A stretch of 64,000 nt of DNA from the NCBI RefSeq assembly GCF_030028105.1, contig NC_092402.1:33154843-33218842 (forward strand), written 5' to 3'. This document shows positions 61,852 through 64,000 of the stretch, one piece after another. This DNA comes from Mobula birostris. Lineage: Eukaryota. Below the pieces are notes generated by a model. That model was given only the letters and a program-made list of their open reading frames with translations, had not been told where the DNA came from and made no database searches. Each line of letters opens with the position of its first letter. Position 1 is the stretch's first letter. Position numbers and translations under genes: made by a program.

Positions 61852-62038
61852 ACACAAATGCTGGAGGAACTCAGCGGGTCAAGCAACATCTATGGACCCT
61901 TCATCAGGTCTCGGCCTGAAACATCAAACATGTACAGTATAGTATTCCTCGCCCCAGATACTATCTGACCTGCTGAGTTCTTCCAACATTTTGTGTGTGT
62001 TATTCTGGATTGTCATCATTGCAGAATCTCTTGTGTTT
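61852..62038 (+). mobile_element. Degenerate PLE-derived fold-back mini-element
   Basis: acacaaatgctggaggaactcagc / gctgagttcttccaacattttgtgtg arms, hammerhead remnant ggtctcggcctgaaac and tail tgcagaatctcttgtgt. Confidence 0.7.
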
Positions 62039-62479
62039 AAACGATTCCCTTCACCATTTTATGTGTGGGGTGCCGCATTAGAAGGGTACTGTCCTTTGTT
62101 CTGGAGGTGGGAACTGTTAGCCAAAGCTGCAGTCATCTTGCTTGACTAGGTTCAGGGGATTTGTTAAAACTTTTTCACTGTGTCTCCTGAAGAAAACTGT
62201 CTGTTTGATGAGAAACAGGGCTTGTAGATTGCAGAGTAAAAGAGGGTGCAGACAATAGTGTTGATCTGTGTTTCTACATTGACACAGTCGAACAGGGTGT
62301 GTGATTTGACATCTGTTGTTTGCGCCAGCTACTGTTATGTCTGACTGAGCAGGAACAATGCTGAGATTTATAAACGGTAGGCTTCAAACTGATTACTGTG
62401 CTATATCCTGGGCCTTCCAGCTCCATTTGGCTTTCCTCCCAGGAAAAGTGCCATTCAAAGTAATAACTTTAATGAAGTC

Positions 62480-62780
62480 ACAATAGCTGGATCCAAAGGA
62501 GATTCACCAGGCCAATTTTTGGGATGCGAGGGCTGTCCTATCAAGAAAGGCTGGGTGTGTATTCCTTGGACCTAAGAATAATTAGGGGTAATCTTACTCC
62601 AGCATTATAAGATCCTAAGGGGGCTTCACAGGACAGATGCTGAGATATTTTCACAAACAAGGACTGGGACAGATGAGGAGTTGAGGCCAGAGTAGATCAG
62701 TCATTATCATATTGAGTGGAAAGGCAGGTTTGAAGGGCCTGGCGGCCTATTCCTGTTCCTATTTATTCATGTTTTGATGT
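62480..62780 (+). mobile_element. Old CR1 3' fragment
   Basis: agattcaccagg..tataagatcctaagggg..gaagggcc..cctattcctgttcctattt. Confidence 0.75.
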
Positions 62781-64000
62781 TTCACGACATTGACTGTGAG
62801 TAGATGCAAAGGATTGTGGGAAATTTACATCATGCTACTGAAATGAGCTTCTCCCATAATTAGATGTCTATATTCTAATCTTTAACTAGAACTCTGTTCA
62901 ATTATTAATTAGTAATTTAACCATGGTGTTCGTTCCTTCCTGTTATAAAATCTGTGAGAAATCTTGAAGGTGATTGGATATTTAGTCAGCATAATGATAT
63001 CACAAATATTGGATGCTAGAGATCTTGCAGGAAAAGAGGAAGTTCCCACCTTTGAAACAGCAGATTCATTGTGTTAAACTTTCTTTGATATTAGAGATGA
63101 GTTTCTTTGTGAACTGTAAAATCTTAGTTCCTGTTAGTCAAACTTACGAGCTGCCAAGAAAATTTGGAAAAATTAGCTACCATACAACGGATTTAAAACT
63201 TTCTTCGGTTAACTACTTTTAGATTTGATTCTGTTGTCTTTTAACAGAAAAAAAAATGTGCAGCCCTGCCCTTTCAGGGTTAGGACTGATACTTTGTGTT
63301 AAATGCAAAATATGAACACTTATTGACTGAATATGACAGTTGAGATTTACTGACTTTTGTGAAAGGGAACATCAACAATCCGTCATTCACATCTGGAAAG
63401 CCTCAAACTTCCGATGTGCACAGGCAAACATGGAAATCCGTGACGCGCTGAATGTCAAATACTGGCATGTCTGGTTGTCCATTCTTCCACTGAACCCTGC
63501 AGTGTAGCCGTGACTTTCTGAAAAGACAGTCCAGATGCACTTTGCACCTGGCCCTTGACATTTTATCAGGGAATACCATTGAACAGGTGGTCACTCCATT
63601 TACGTGTATTTACTCATCTACCCTGCGGACACAGATAAATGCTAAAATTATTTCATTTTGATATTTCAATTATTTATTGGCATTTTCATGAGTTTTTAAA
63701 TGAAGTTATTGTTCCTGTGATTTAAAATTATTTAAATCTGTCTTAAATGTCTGACTGTTGGGTACATTTAAAAGCTGTTAAGAAGCAAGTTATAGCCATT
63801 GACCATCAATGAGTCACCAATGGCTGTCAGGGGCAGGCCCTCTCACTACATTACCTGGTGCTATTTCCTAACCAAAGCCTACTCTACTTCCCTGGGTGCC
63901 TATTTGCCCCTGTGTGGTTGGAGGAAGTAGGTTGGGCAGGTAAGGACTGCAACTGGTGAGTTTGTGAAGTAGGCCAGGCCCAGGACAATCCAGCCTGATC

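Larger units (their letters stand above)
28121..64000 (+). other. Probable intron 1 of the integrin gene (>35 kb)
   Basis: Canonical donor at 28121; the expected exon 2 (LLxGAP...TGAVYxCP) was not recognised by eye. Confidence 0.6.

Overview
Vertebrate genomic DNA, most likely a cartilaginous fish (shark/ray), inferred from HE1/V-SINE-like SINEs and abundant CR1, Rex1 and Penelope-like repeats. The only recognisable host gene feature is the first coding exon of a laminin-binding integrin alpha subunit (best match ITGA3; 27936-28120, +) in a CpG-rich promoter region. No second exon was recognised, so 28121-64000 is probably part of a very large intron 1. Almost all other ORFs are retroelement remnants: CR1 (one young copy with an intact RT ORF), Rex1/Babar, a near full-length RTE, an L1 5'/ORF1 fragment, L2, a Hero (RLE-type) 3' end and Penelope-like elements (PLEs) with a GIY-YIG domain and minimal hammerhead ribozymes. 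There is also a nested-palindrome mariner MITE. The most interesting signals are (i) at least five short fold-back mini-elements built from PLE termini of two lineages, four with target-site duplications (TSDs) and some carrying head-to-head hammerheads, and (ii) a LINE insertion fused to an inverted copy of nearby intronic sequence, suggesting template switching onto local DNA or the host pre-mRNA. Boundaries of old repeats are approximate and were read by eye.
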